Part shown: one piece after another, positions 1 to 44,861 of the stretch
Layout of the letters: each line of letters starts with the position of its first letter
Position numbering within the stretch: position 1 is the stretch's first letter
Assembly (NCBI RefSeq): GCF_009914755.1
Contig: NC_060931.1
Direction: 5' to 3' (one strand)
From: the human T2T-CHM13v2.0 reference genome, Homo sapiens
DNA: 64,000 nt
The notes under the pieces: generated by a model
Told to the model about the DNA's origin: nothing
Seen by the model: only the letters and a program-made list of their open reading frames with translations
Databases searched by the model: none
Translations under genes and position numbers: made by a program

Positions 1-6990
<6,990 letters not shown>

Positions 6991-7573
6991 ACTGTCTCAT
7001 CTTAAGCGGGTGCAGCTCTGTGCTTAGCACCCACTGGGCCTGCAGCAAACCCACCCACAACCCAGAACCGTGTCTCAGCCGGACACCACCGAGGTGCACA
7101 CATACCCACCGACAGACCTCCAGAGGCTCTTCTGGAAGGTACTGTACCTTCCCCGGAGAAAGTCTCTGCACCATTCCCAAGTTAATGTTAAACAGAATTT
7201 CAAAAGGCTTATCACTCCTGATAACCATCCATGCTCAGGCCCAGGGCACGCAGCTCTGCTCTAGACTGGCCATGGAGAGTGAAAGGAGCAGCTTGGGGTC
7301 TCAGGCTGGCCAGGGGCCATCTCTGCTATTTCCAGTTTCCTGCAGCCGGGACTTCCGGGATCTGCTCCTTGGTGACTCTTACCAGCAATTATGTGCCACT
7401 GGCGAAATCACTTGCAACCCCTCTTCTATTTTGCTGTACAACACAGCCCCAAAGTGGTGGACAGGGTGGCAGTCTGGGGTCCCAGACCTGAACCGACCCC
7501 TGGCACCACCCCTCACCCCTTGCTTGGCCGGCCGCTTCTGACACCTTCAAGCCCTGAACGGTCACAATATGCA

Positions 7574-7579
7574 TTTATT
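7574..7579 (-). terminator. CLDN15: CLDN15 polyadenylation signal AATAAA
   Basis: tttatt on + strand ~300 nt past the stop codon, in an AT-rich patch. Confidence 0.85.
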
Positions 7580-7872
7580 AATGAATGTATTTATACACAA
7601 TACAAACGTGCGGGGACACCGTCCCCTTCACAGCCCAGAACCCAGGGTCAGAAGATGAGGGATCCAGCCTCAGAGGGGAGATATGCGACTTCCCAAGAGC
7701 AGTTCTTGGCCTGGAGGGGCCATGAGAGTGCAAGACACGGGGCCGTGGCCGGGGCGGGGCTACGGGAGCGGGGCGTGGCCGGCCCCTGAGGTTACTATAG
7801 GGGAATGGGCCCCGGCCAGGTCCCCTCTCCTTGGGGCAGTGGGAAGACAGCGGGGCCCACGGGCCAGAGCTG

Positions 7873-13044
<5,172 letters not shown>

Positions 13045-15094
13045 GGTGGGATGCAGGACCCTGGGGGGCTGGTGCCCCAGAGAGGGGGAGGGGCAGAACC
13101 CCTAGGGAACTGGAAGGGGCTGCGGCTAAGGAGGGTTGTCCAGGCAGGCTGGGGTGGAATCAGCCTCAGCCTCTGCCTGCCTCTTCCTCGGGCTCAGGTC
13201 CGTCTCCACTTTCTGCCTCCCTCCTGCTCTGTGGGTCTCTCTGCTTCCTGGCAGGTCAGAGGAATGAGCTAAGCCTGCGCGCGGCAGCTGTTGACGAGAT
13301 GGAGGGAATAACCGAAACGGGCCAAAAGTCCACCCCCTCCCCCCAGCCTCTGGGCTGCCCCGGGCTCCCCGCCCCACGAGGGTGGGGGGGGCAGACTTAC
13401 CCTGGAGCCACTGACGGATACAGCCAAGGAGGGGCCCCCAAGGGAGGCACTGGGAACTGAGGGGAAGCGTCTGTCTCTGACTCAGCTTTCATTGGGGGCC
13501 AAAGAACGGAGTAAGAGGGACAAGGAGTGAAAAGATGACAGAGACAGACGTGAGAGCAATAAGGGACAGAGACGGAGAGAGAATGAACAGCAGCCTTCAG
13601 TGGTGAAGGACGGAGGAACCACGAGAACAATCTAAGATACTCAGACCAAGGGGTTGGGGCGTATGAGTCTCTTAAGGAAGATCAAGCTGGAATGAGGGGA
13701 TGGGAGGGTAGGAGACCCACAGCTCTGGGCTCCATCCAGCCTGGAATGGAACTCGGCCCCACCATCCATTCACCAGGGAACTCAGGCGGGGAGTTTTAGT
13801 CCCCTGAGCTTCTGCTCTGTCAGTGACATACCCGACTGCTTACTGCAGGGGCTGTGGTGAGAACTGGGACCAGGGGCCGGGCGCAGTGGCTCTCGCCTGT
13901 AATCCTACCACTTTGGGAGGCTGGGCTGAGACGATTGCTTGAACTCAGGAGTTCAAGACCAGCCTGGGCAACACACTGAGACCTCGTTGGGACCAGGGAG
14001 TCAAGCCCCCCACACATAACCAGCGCTTGGCACCGGGAACTGTCCTGGATGTGAGTGTCACAGGGCTGAGGCCACCAGGGAGTCGCTCTCACCCAAAACT
14101 CAAATTTCCTCCTAAGTTGATCTTTGACTCAGCATCGAGCCTGGTCCTGCTGGCCAACAGCCTGGAGCGTGATCCTGTGGCTAAGCTCTGCAACCTGTTC
14201 CCAGTTATCAGGGACTGTCACCCACTCTATTCGTTAATGATGATGGATTAGCAGCCTCTGGTCCCCATCCCGAGCCAGTGCAGAGCACCTGTCCCAGAGC
14301 AGACACTCTCATCTCCTGCTCCGGTTCCCTAGGGCTCTGTCCCTGGGGGCCATCAGCGCTGGCTGCGCACCTCCCTGGCCCCACGGCCCTGCTGGGCTTC
14401 TCCGGCCTCCCCTCAGGTGTCTCCTCCCTACTCCTGTGCTGGCCTGGGCTGTGGAACGAGAGGTATGCGGTGAAGCAAAACAGGCCCATGCCGAGCCTGG
14501 CACGAGGGGGCGAAGCTGGCTAGGTGGGGCTGAGTCCTGACCTTCCAGCCCACAGGCGAGAGCTGGGGCTCCCTGGGCTCTGACCTCTCCCGGGACCCCC
14601 GCCTACTCCATGCCAGATGCAGGATTCCTTCCCCTACTGGGCTCCCCCTCCCCCAGAGGAGGAGGTAGGAGGAAGGGGAGGCCACAGGAAGACAAAGGGA
14701 GGGGAGGGTGGGGAGGAGGAAGCCAAGGGGGCCTGCTGTGGAAAACTCCACAGAAGTAGCTGAGTGGGTCAGAGGAGAATGCAGGCCTGAAGCCCGGCCT
14801 GGCCCCGAAGTTCTGCCCGCCCATGCTCAGGTCACTGCCTTCTCCCAGGACTCTGGGACCATGGAAAAGCCCCATGTCTCCGAGCTGCCCGGCACTCTCA
14901 AGGACATGGCTTCAGGAAAGGGAGGAAGGAAGGGTGTGGGCTCTGGGCTGCGGGGTGGACAAAGAACCCCGTGCCAACCTGGAGGGCAGGGGCAGGAGAG
15001 GACCAGGAGTGACGTCTCCGCCCCCTGTGCCCAGCGTTCAGAACCCACCCCTCCCCTCAACGCAGACACGGGGGTTCCCAAGCCACAGCCCCGT

Positions 15095-15100
15095 TTTATT
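15095..15100 (-). terminator. FIS1: FIS1 polyadenylation signal AATAAA
   Basis: tttatt on + strand ~170 nt after the stop codon, followed on the minus strand by GT-rich sequence. Confidence 0.88.
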
Positions 15101-15268
15101 TACACTCATCCCAAAGCACATGATGGGGCTGAAGGACGAATCTCAGGGGAGCAGAAATTAGCTGAAGGCCACAGAGGATAGAGACGGGGGGCAGGGGGAG
15201 AACAGGGAAAGGACAGCGAGGATGGACAGGCCCTCCTGGAGCGTTCTCCGTGGGCTCCCGCGTCTCCT

Positions 15269-20467
<5,199 letters not shown>

Positions 20468-21038
20468 GGCCACTGCCCCCGCGAGCCTCACACTACAGTC
20501 TACTGTGCCACAGTCTCCATGGCCCAGTGGCAGGGGCGGAGAACCACTTCCGGCGTCCGGCGGATGCTGGCACGACCTGGCGACGCCCCGCCCCTTCCTC
20601 TCAGTTCAGCAGCGCCGGCGGGGCGCTAGTGCGCAGGCTCGGCCGGTCCCTCCAGCCCGCAGACTGCGCGCAGGGAGACCTTCCCCAGGTTGGTCTTCCC
20701 AGGTGCCTCAGCCGGTGCCTTCCTCTGTGGAGGCTTCCCTAGGGAAACTGGAGGCCATGTCTTGGCGGTTAGCCCCCAGGATGAAAACAGCAAAAAGAGG
20801 GTGGGTAGCTGACCAGAGATCACAGTACATTAGGGTGCCAAGCTGACGCCCCTCAGAAATCTAGGACCTTGGAGGCCACGTGACTATTCATCGCCTGCAA
20901 CAAAATCTTAACTAGAACCGGGAGCCCGGCGCGTAGCTCACGTCCGAAGCCCAACAACTTGGGAGGCCGCGGCGGGAAGATCGCTGGAGGCCAGGAGTTC
21001 AAGACCAGCCTGAGCAACATAGCGAGACCCTATCTCTA

Positions 21039-21194
<156 letters not shown>

Positions 21195-21783
21195 TCAAAA
21201 AACCCACCAACAGCAGCAAACTAGTATCGGGGTTTCTTGGGCCTCTGCTGACTCTCACAATGCAAGAGCAGAGGCAACTGGATCTGTAAACCACACAGCC
21301 ACACAGGGGTAGTCATAGGAGACACTATCAACGGGAAGTTTTTCAAAAAGCAACGGCCCCATTATTGGCAGAGAAGGTCCAATTTTCAATATTATTTACA
21401 TAAACCATTTTGGGAGTGCACCCCAGGCGGGAAACCTGCCACATGGGGTCACGGGCAATGGGGAGCTTAGCAGTGAGGAGCTATCAGAGCATGGGAAGGA
21501 GAAAGGTGTGGACACCTCTGGCTTCAGTTTCTGTGCAGTGAGGGGACTGGGTAAGTAGCAACTTTCAAATTCTTTTCCCCTTGAGTCACATTGGAGTGTA
21601 AGTTCCTTGAGGGCAGAGACTTACCTTGCTTATCCAGCATCTAGCACAGGGCTTGGCAGAGAGTGAGGGCTCAATAAATATTTGTTGAATAAACACGGAA
21701 AAAGCAAATTAATTGTAAACAAGGCACTGCACATGCAGGGGATAATCATCCAGACACCTTCCGCGTTTGCAAAGCCCCTTTAA

Positions 21784-22197
<414 letters not shown>

Positions 22198-22640
22198 TGA
22201 TCAGACTGCCTCGGCCTCCCAAAGTGCTGGGATTACAGGCGTGAGCCACCGTGCCCAGCCAAGCCTCTAATATTTTTCTCCTCATAATAGTCTCGTGAGT
22301 TAGAAAGACAAGAGTTATTCTTCCCTATTTGGCGTGGATGGTTGAAATGACTGATACAGTAAGCTCTGTAAGCCTTGAGAGAATCCCCAGGTTGGGGAAC
22401 TGGCTGCCCACTAGCATAAGCCTCAAGGGGAAAACTTCATGTTCATTCAGAGAAGTATACAGCACCTAATTTTGCCTGGGCCTTGGGGTGGCACAAAGGA
22501 CACTAGGGCTGAGTGCAGTGGCTCACGCCTGTATTCCCAGCAGTTTGGGAGGCCAAAGCGGGTGGATCACCTGAGGTCAGGAGTTCGAGACCAGCCTGGC
22601 CAACATGATGAAATCCCATCTTTACTAAAAATACAAAAAA

Positions 22641-23108
<468 letters not shown>

Positions 23109-23336
23109 TCATGTTTATATTTGCTGCAGCCCTTGGTAGAGGCCTGGTGCATGGCAGAAGCACCATCAGGATTTGCTGAATGTCAACAAGGGATGAAGGG
23201 AGAGTGATTTACTCAGGTGGCTCAGTTGTGTGCCAATGAAGAGATCCGTAGTCTGTAGCTTTTCAAGTCTAGTTAGCATAGTCATCCACCTCCGACATAG
23301 TGATAGAAAGTAGTCCCTGTTAATTTTACACCCAAT

Positions 23337-23645
<309 letters not shown>

Positions 23646-24034
23646 TCATTGCCCTTAAAACAAACACAGCCTTCAAGGTCCGTTAGGATCTAGCCATGCT
23701 TAATTCTCTTCCTCATCTATCACTACCTCTCCTGGTATGTACTATGTACACTGGCCCTATAGGCCTTCCTTCAGCTCTCAAACCCCTGGTGGCCACAGCT
23801 CCGCTACACAGGCAGTCCTCTCTGTTTGGAACATCTGTCTCCTCCTCCATTGCTTATTTGGCTCATTCATTCCCTCATGATTTAATTCATTCAAGAAATA
23901 CTAATTGAGCTCCTGCTGTGTAGTAGGTGCTCAATTAGTTGCCTACAAATAGTAGCCTGGCACAGTGTAAGCCAAGGTGGAGCTTACATTTTCATGGGGA
24001 AAACAGAAAAAAATAACTCAACAAATAAAAGCAC

Positions 24035-25066
<1,032 letters not shown>

Positions 25067-25068
25067 TA

Positions 25069-25350
<282 letters not shown>

Positions 25351-25489
25351 TCAAAACAAAACAAAACAAGGCAGGCGCAGTGGCTCACGCCTGTAATCCC
25401 AGCACTTTGGGAGGCCGAGGCGGGCGGATCACCTGAGGTTGGGACTTAGAGACCAGCCTGACCAACATGGAGAAACCCCGTCTCTATTA

Positions 25490-25648
<159 letters not shown>

Positions 25649-26343
25649 TCAAAAAAAAGAAAAGAAAACAACACAAAACAAAACAGAACAAAAATTACTC
25701 CTCTGGGAAAATGATGAAAGAAAAAAAATGGAAGAAAAGGAAGACATGAAGATATTCATTCCTGCATTATCTGTGAAGGTAAACAAACAACAAAAATGCC
25801 AGGGAATGGTTTTATTAAATGATAATACATCAATATAATGGAATAATATACAGCCTTAAAGTCACAGTCACATGGATTCTATGCCTGTGGACAGTAATAC
25901 TCAAAACAAAACAAAGAAGTATCTACTTCTCAAATTCAGACAGGTGGGTGAGCAGAAAGGAAACTGACATCTTAGGTTGGTGAGACTAAGACCTAGAACT
26001 GGTGTATATGGGCAGATTCTGGGCTCTGGACCCCTCCCTGGAGTACACCAGCAGCTGGGGCCTATTTTGCACTTCCCGCTTCAGCCTTTTGCACAAGAAG
26101 GGCTCAGCAAACACCCGCTGAACAGGATTCCATATTTGCGTTCTTCCAATTTTCAGTAATCTGTCTCCTCTACTTCCCAGTTCCATCTGCTATCCAGTTA
26201 GAAAGTCCTGTCAACTATCAATTAATTCATTCACCCATCAAAACATTTAAGAACCTACTATGTTTAGGAGGCTGAGGTGGGAGGATTGCTTGAGCTCAGA
26301 AGTTCGAGACCAGCCTGGGCAACACAGCGAGACCCCAACACTA

Positions 26344-26667
<324 letters not shown>

Positions 26668-26940
26668 TCAAAAAAAAAAAAAAAAAAAAAAAAGAACCTA
26701 CCGTGTGCCAGGCCAGTCGCTCTTCTAAGTGCTGGGTAAGACAAATGAACTAAAGAGGTAATAGTCCTTGCTCTCATGAGAGTTACATGTCAATGGAAGA
26801 GACACAAGACTGCTCACCAATAAACACATGTCAGGCCGTCCCTGCCTCGATTCTGTCACCATACCCAAACAGGCTGCATACTTTTCCTCCTCAACCCAAC
26901 CTGGTTACCTGGTGTATTTCGAAGTGCAAATACAAGCTCA

Positions 26941-27274
<334 letters not shown>

Positions 27275-27319
27275 CTAAAATACCGTCTAGGCTACTCAGG
27301 ATCCTGTTTAAATTTCTTA

Positions 27320-28010
27320 CCACGCACACGAAGCCCTCCAGGCCCGCCCCTGCTCACCTTTCCAGCTTCATCTCCAGGCACCCACGCACCCCGCACACGC
27401 AGATGTCTTCACGACAGCCACTTTTCTTCTGCTCGGAGCGTTCCTTCTACCCACCATGCCCGGTCAACAGATCCTCAACCACTAGACACCAGAGGTGTCT
27501 ACACCGCAGGCTCGGCGAGGCTCGGGGACGGTCCCCTCCTCTACGCGGCCTCCCGTCCCTTCGGCTCCTAGGAGGCGCGGCATCCTGTACCTTGGAAAAC
27601 AACGCTCTTCCAGTCCTACTGTCCTTTAGCTGGACACGGACCGTGCCTCGTTCATCTCTCTGACAAAGGCCGGGAACTCAAGAAATCATTTCTTGAGTGA
27701 ATGAAAGAGTAACGGTAGGAGGTCCGAACAGAACGCTCAGAACCTCCGGGCGACTAGGCTTCCGGGTGTCGGTTTCGTTGGCTCCCGAGAGGGAGGAGGA
27801 AGCGCTTCTTCTGGGGCCGCTCTAGGAGGAGGACTCGGTGGGCTGGAGGACTCGGAGCAACGCTCAAGGCATCTGCGCAGGAGCCACCCTAGGCGGGGAG
27901 GCGGGGCCGAGCGAAGCCCGGTGCGGGGCACGGGGACCCCACTGGCCAATGAACGACTCAGCTCTGCAGGAGGGGCGCGGCGCCACGCCACCTGGAAGTG
28001 AAAGAGAATG
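27320..28010. promoter_or_regulatory. Orphan CpG island with promoter motifs (candidate distal FIS1 or fossil ZNF promoter)
   Basis: Non-repeat CpG-rich stretch. ETS CTTCCGG at 27759-27765, GC boxes at 27892-27907, CCAAT at 27946-27950. Confidence 0.7.
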
Positions 28011-28056
28011 TCCATCGCTTTTATCAGATTATTTTATTTTCAGAAGTTGTCATCTC

Positions 28057-28172
28057 GGGTACTAGGCTTAGTACCTGGGTGACGAAACCATCTGTACAAC
28101 AAACTCCCGTGGCACAAGTTTATCTATATAACAAACCTGTACGTGTACCCTGAACCTAAAAGTTTTTAAAAA
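28057..28172 (+). mobile_element. Short L1 3'-end fragment (older L1PA/L1PB type)
   Basis: gggtactaggcttagtacctgggtgacgaa...acaaacctgtacgtgtaccctgaacctaaaa. Confidence 0.8.
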
Positions 28173-28300
28173 GTACTGATCGGCCGGGCGCGGTGGCTCA
28201 CTCCTGTAATCCCAGCATTTTGGGAAGCCGAGGCGGGCGGATCACGAGGTCAAGAGTTCGAGACAAGCCTGACCAACATGGAGAAACCCCGTCTCTACTA

Positions 28301-29103
<803 letters not shown>

Positions 29104-29413
29104 TAGTAGAGACGGGGTTTCACCATATTGGCCAGGCTGGTCTCGAACCCCTGACCTCAAGTGATCCTCCCGCCTCGGCCTCCCAAAGTGCTGGGATTAC
29201 AGGCAAGAGCCACCGTGCCCAGCCAGCATGCTCCCTTTTTGCTAAGCTACACAAGGGAGTCCAGATGTATTCATTCATTCATTCGCCCGTTCATTTAGCA
29301 AATATTTATCCAATATGTGCAAATTATTGGTAGAAAAATGAGTCTAGAGTTGACTCAGGTCAGCTAAGGACAGCATTCCTACTCTACCTGCTACCTCACG
29401 TTCTAAAAGGTAA

Positions 29414-34640
<5,227 letters not shown>

Positions 34641-34896
34641 GCAGACATATGATTTTCACCAGCCTGGGAGACATGGTGAAACCCCATCTCCACGAAAGAT
34701 ACAAAAATCAACCAGACATGGTGGTACTTGCTCATATTCCCAGCTACTTGGGCGACAGAGGCAAGAGGATCGCTTGAGTCCAGGTGTTTGAGACTGCAGT
34801 GAGCTATAATCTCACTGCTGCGCTCCAAACTGGGCGACAGAGTGAGACTCTGTCTCAAAAAAAAAAAAAAAAGAAGGAGAGGAGAAGAAAAAATAA

Positions 34897-35028
34897 GTAA
34901 CTATTGGGTACTAGGCTTAGTACCTGGGTGATGAAACCATCTGTACAGCAAAGCCCCGTGACGCGAGTTTGGCTATATAACAAAACTGCACATGTACCCC
35001 TGAGCCTAAAATAAAAGTTTTAAAAAAA
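34897..35028 (+). mobile_element. Short L1 3'-end fragment (older L1PA/L1PB type)
   Basis: Same L1 terminal motif ending in AATAAA and an A-tail. Confidence 0.8.
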
Positions 35029-35875
35029 GATTTTTAATGTACAGCGTTATAAATTATTCTGAAGTTTGTAATCCTCTCCTTTTCAAAACTCTCTTAGTAC
35101 TTCCATAATGCCATTTAGGTCCTGTATTTTGACTTATATGAGGTTTTCTCTTATATCATGGGGGGTTTAACACGTATTTATTAAATCTAAGAAGTAATAA
35201 ATATAGGAAAAAACAGACCTTTAGAAGTCCAGAACTCCATCAAATATTGAAGGAACTTCAAGGACAAGTCAGAGTCTTTTTTTTCTTTTTCTTTTTTTTT
35301 CTTTTTTTTTTTGAGGTGGAGTTTCCTTCTATCACCCAGGCTGGAGTGCAGTGGCATGATCTCACTGCAGCCTCCACCTCCTGGATTCAAGCAATTCTCC
35401 TGCCTCAGCCTCCCAAGTAGCTGGGACTACAGGTTCCTGCCACCACCCCCAACTAATTTTTGTATTTGTAGTAGAGACGGGGTTTCACTATGTTGGCCAG
35501 GCAGGTCTTGAACTCCTGACCACGGTGATCCATCTGCCTCTGCCTCCCAAAGTACTGGGATTACAGGCGTGAGCCACCACATTTGGCCAATTCTGCGTTG
35601 TTAAGGATTGCTTCAGATGGGTAATGGTGGGGCAACCAGGCTTAAGTTCAAAATTTAATGGAATAATCTTCATTTGTAGGGTAAATTGAGGATACCCATG
35701 TGATGAAAGATGCTTGTTTGTTTTATATTAAAATCTTAGAATTTTATAGAAGGAAATGATTGAAGACTTTTTTATTATTATTTAAAAATTTTAGGCTGGT
35801 CACGGTGGCTCATGTCTGTAATCCCAGCACTTTGGGAGGCCTAGTCGGGAGGATCACTTGAGTTGCTTGAACTCA

Positions 35876-37193
<1,318 letters not shown>

Positions 37194-37732
37194 TGATCAA
37201 AGAGGTTGGGTAATTTTCTCAAGGTGTGGTAGTGGGAATTGAAGCCTTTCTAGGTCTCTTGACTCTATAAATTGTCTGCAGTAATTTTTCTATTCGCTAT
37301 TATCTTTTTGATATGTGGTAGGTCAACTTATTTTTTAAAAAGTAATTTTGAGGTAAAATCATCTGTTTCTGGTCAAAAGTCAGGTAGCTAAGTCCTTCAT
37401 GAAGAGGAATGCCTGCATGAGCTAGATTACTCAAAGCGTTATAGTATAAAAGACACCCCCTCCCATCTCTTGGAAGCCTTCAAATGCTCGAAAGAATGTT
37501 CCAGAAGGCCGGCTGTGACTAGGAGCTGAATAGAGGCTGCTTCCTCTGAAAAATAAGATCACGTCAAGCTGGGCAAATCTGAGAGCTATGAACCTTCCTA
37601 AATGTCAAAATTGCTAAGGTATTTTTAAAACTCGGAGGCTTTTATTGACTTAACGACTGAGAAGATGAAAGCAGTGGAAAACGTGAAGAAATCACGCTTT
37701 TGTTAGGTGTTGAATTGCCGGAGATGTATCTG

Positions 37733-38588
<856 letters not shown>

Positions 38589-38629
38589 ACATGCAAAAGC
38601 GGGCTAGCTCAGCAGGGCACAGTGGCTCA

Positions 38630-38902
<273 letters not shown>

Positions 38903-39189
38903 TCAGCTAGCTCATGTCTTTTTATTATTTTTGAGACAGGATCTTGTTATGTTGACCAGTTTGAAGTGTGGTGGTACAATCATAGCTCACTGTAGCCTTG
39001 ACCTCCTGGGCACGAGGGATCCTCCCGTCTCAGCCTCCAGAGTAGCTGGGACCACAGGCATGCACCACCATGCCTGGATAATTTTTATATTTTTTGTAGA
39101 GATGGGGTCTCTTTATGTTTCCCAGGCTGGTCTCGAACTCCTGGCCTCAAACAATCCTCCTGCCTCTACTTCCCGAAGTCCTGGGATTA

Positions 39190-39873
<684 letters not shown>

Positions 39874-40435
39874 TCACAGAGGCCCTGAAGATGGATCTGC
39901 TGGCCTTTTACTATTCTTAGAAACCTGCTTGGTGTTTGGGAGGAGGGTTGGAGAAGGAGGCAAGAGCTGACCTTCCTCGCCCTGCAGAAGCATGCGGGGG
40001 TGGCTGTTCTGTGTTCAGTGAGGCATCACGTGTTTTCCTCCCCTTCTCTGGCCAGGCACTGGTTGTCCCATGTGCCCTTAGCTCTCAGAGCATCCAGCTC
40101 TGCCAACCTTGCAGGAAGATCTGGGGGTAGAGGGATTGGGGGAGAATCTTTATTGGGGCCACACACTCTGCAGCCTCATAGGACTGGTGGGGCAGGAGCC
40201 AGGGTCCAGTTGACCCTGATGAAAAGTTTAATGAAGATATGTAGCCCAGCTCTGGTCGGGCACAGTGGCTCTCACACCTGCAATCCTAGTGCTTTGGGAG
40301 GCTGAGGCGGGTGGATTGCTCGAGCCCAGGAATATGAGACCAGCCTGGGCAACATGACGAGACACCCCTCTTTATTTTATTTTAATTTTATTTTATTATT
40401 TATTATTTCTTTATTTCTTTATTTTTTGAGACTGA

Positions 40436-40546
<111 letters not shown>

Positions 40547-40619
40547 TAGCTGGGATTATAGGCACGTGGCACCATGCCCGGCTAATTTTTATATTTTTAG
40601 TAGAAATGGCGTTTCATCA

Positions 40620-40940
<321 letters not shown>

Positions 40941-41083
40941 TCAAAGTGTTCTTATTCAGTTAGCCTCTCACCAGAGCTTAGCGGAAGGGTCTTCAACTCC
41001 AGACTGCAAGTTAAGGAAAAGTTTTGAAGAGGTAATGGCAGAAATGAGTTTTTTTCTGTTTTTGTTTTTTTGTTTGTTTTTGA

Positions 41084-41245
<162 letters not shown>

Positions 41246-42041
41246 TAGAGACAGTGTCTTGCTATGTTGCCCAGGCTGGTCTCAACCTCCTGGGCTCAAG
41301 CGATCCTTTCTCCTCGGCCTCCCACAATGTTGAGATTAGAGTTGTGAGCCACCATGCCCACCTAGGGTGATATTCTGGTTTTTTTTTGTTTTGTTTTTGA
41401 GATGGAGTTTCACTGTTGTCATCCAGGCTGGAGTGCAGTGATACAGTGGCGCAATCTTGGCTCACTGCAACCTCCGCCTCCTGGGTTCAAACGATTCTCG
41501 GGATTACAGGCATGAGCCACCGCGCCTGGCGTCCATATCTCGGAAAATTTTCGATCTGTGGTTGGCTGAATCCATGCATGGGGAACCTGCAGCTATAAGG
41601 GTCAACTGTATTGGCCTCGTCAGTCAGGAAGTGGTCCTTCTTCTGTTTTCTGGAGATTACGTGTAATTAGTGTCGATATTTCTTTAACTATGAGTAGACT
41701 TCTCCAGTGAAACTATCTGGGTCTGGAGATATCTTTTTCAAGAGTGGGAGGAAAGAGTTAATACAACAGGTCTGTTTCCCCCCTTTCTCACTTATCTCTG
41801 TAGCCAAGGTGATGGCTGTTTGTCAAACTCTGAAAACCAAACTTCTGGAATATTCACATAGTTACTGGTTCAGATGTTATTCTCCATGGCCAAAACAGTG
41901 AGCCCAGATGAACCAGGCTGTCAGCAGATTTAAAGTAAACATAAAGATTCATGATACTTGGCCAGGTGCAGTGGCTCATGCCCGTAATCCCAGAATTTTG
42001 GGAGGCCAAGGCGGGCGGGATTGCTTGAGGTTAGGAGTTCA

Positions 42042-42293
<252 letters not shown>

Positions 42294-42655
42294 CTATGAT
42301 CATGCCACTGCACTCCAGCCTGGGTGACATAGTGAGACCCCATTTCTAAAAAAAAAGAAAAAAAGATTCATGATGCCCAACCTGTGGTTAAGGGCTGTGT
42401 TTGGTCACATGGCAGGAATGTTGCCCAGGCTGGAATGCAATGTCGCGATCTCAGCTCACTGCAACCTCCGCCCCCTGGGTACAAGCTATCCTTCCGCCTC
42501 AGTCTCCTGAATAGCTGAGAATGCAGGCGTGTGCCACCACACCTGGCTAATTTTTTTATATTTTTAGTAGAAACGGGGTTTCACCATGTTGGCCAGGCTG
42601 CTCTCAACCTCCTGACCTCAGGTGATCTGCCCTCCTCAGCCTCCCAAAGTACTAG

Positions 42656-43097
<442 letters not shown>

Positions 43098-43100
43098 TGA

Positions 43101-43578
<478 letters not shown>

Positions 43579-43766
43579 TGACCTCTCCAGCCTTCATCTA
43601 TTAATACCCTTTTTCCTGCTGTTCTTGTATTGTATCCTCCGCTGTAATATATCTTCACCTAGAGCATAACTTTATCTGCAGTCACGTGGGTCCTTCCAGG
43701 GAATCACCAAACTAGCTGTATGTGACCACGAAGACAAGAAATTGTTTTATTAAAACTATGAATTCA

Positions 43767-44097
<331 letters not shown>

Positions 44098-44642
44098 TTA
44101 ACACTTTGGGAGGCAAGGCAAGTGGATTGCTTGACCCCAGGAGTTGGAGGCCAGCCTGGGCAACTTGGCAAAACCCCATGTCCACAAAAAATAAAAAAAT
44201 TAGCTGAGTGTGGTGGTGGGCGGCTGTAGTCCCAGCTACTCAGGAGGCTGAGGTGGGAGGATCACCTGAGCCCAGGAATTCAAGGCTGCAGGGAGCCGTG
44301 TTTATGCCACTGCACTCCAGTGTCGGTGACAAAGTGAGACGCAGTCTCGAAATGAAATAAAATAAAATAAAAAACCATGAATTCCATTTTTAAAATTGTT
44401 ACAAGACTTTAAAAATTATGTTTCATATTGAGTGTTTTTTGGTAGTTTGTAGTTTTCAAGAAATTGGTCCATTTCTTCCAGCTTGTTGGATTTATATGGG
44501 TAGAGTTGCTTGGTATCCTTACTATCCTTTTATCAGTTTTTCTGGGTTTTTTTTTTTTTTTTTTGAGATGGAGTCTCGCTCTGTCACCCAGGCTGGAATA
44601 CAATGGTGCAATTTTAGCTCACTGCAACCTCCACCTTCCTGA

Positions 44643-44861
<219 letters not shown>

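Noticed and set aside
25975-26000. GETKT*N after an AG, resembling a ZNF last-exon start
   Set aside because: Too short, and no finger remnants follow.
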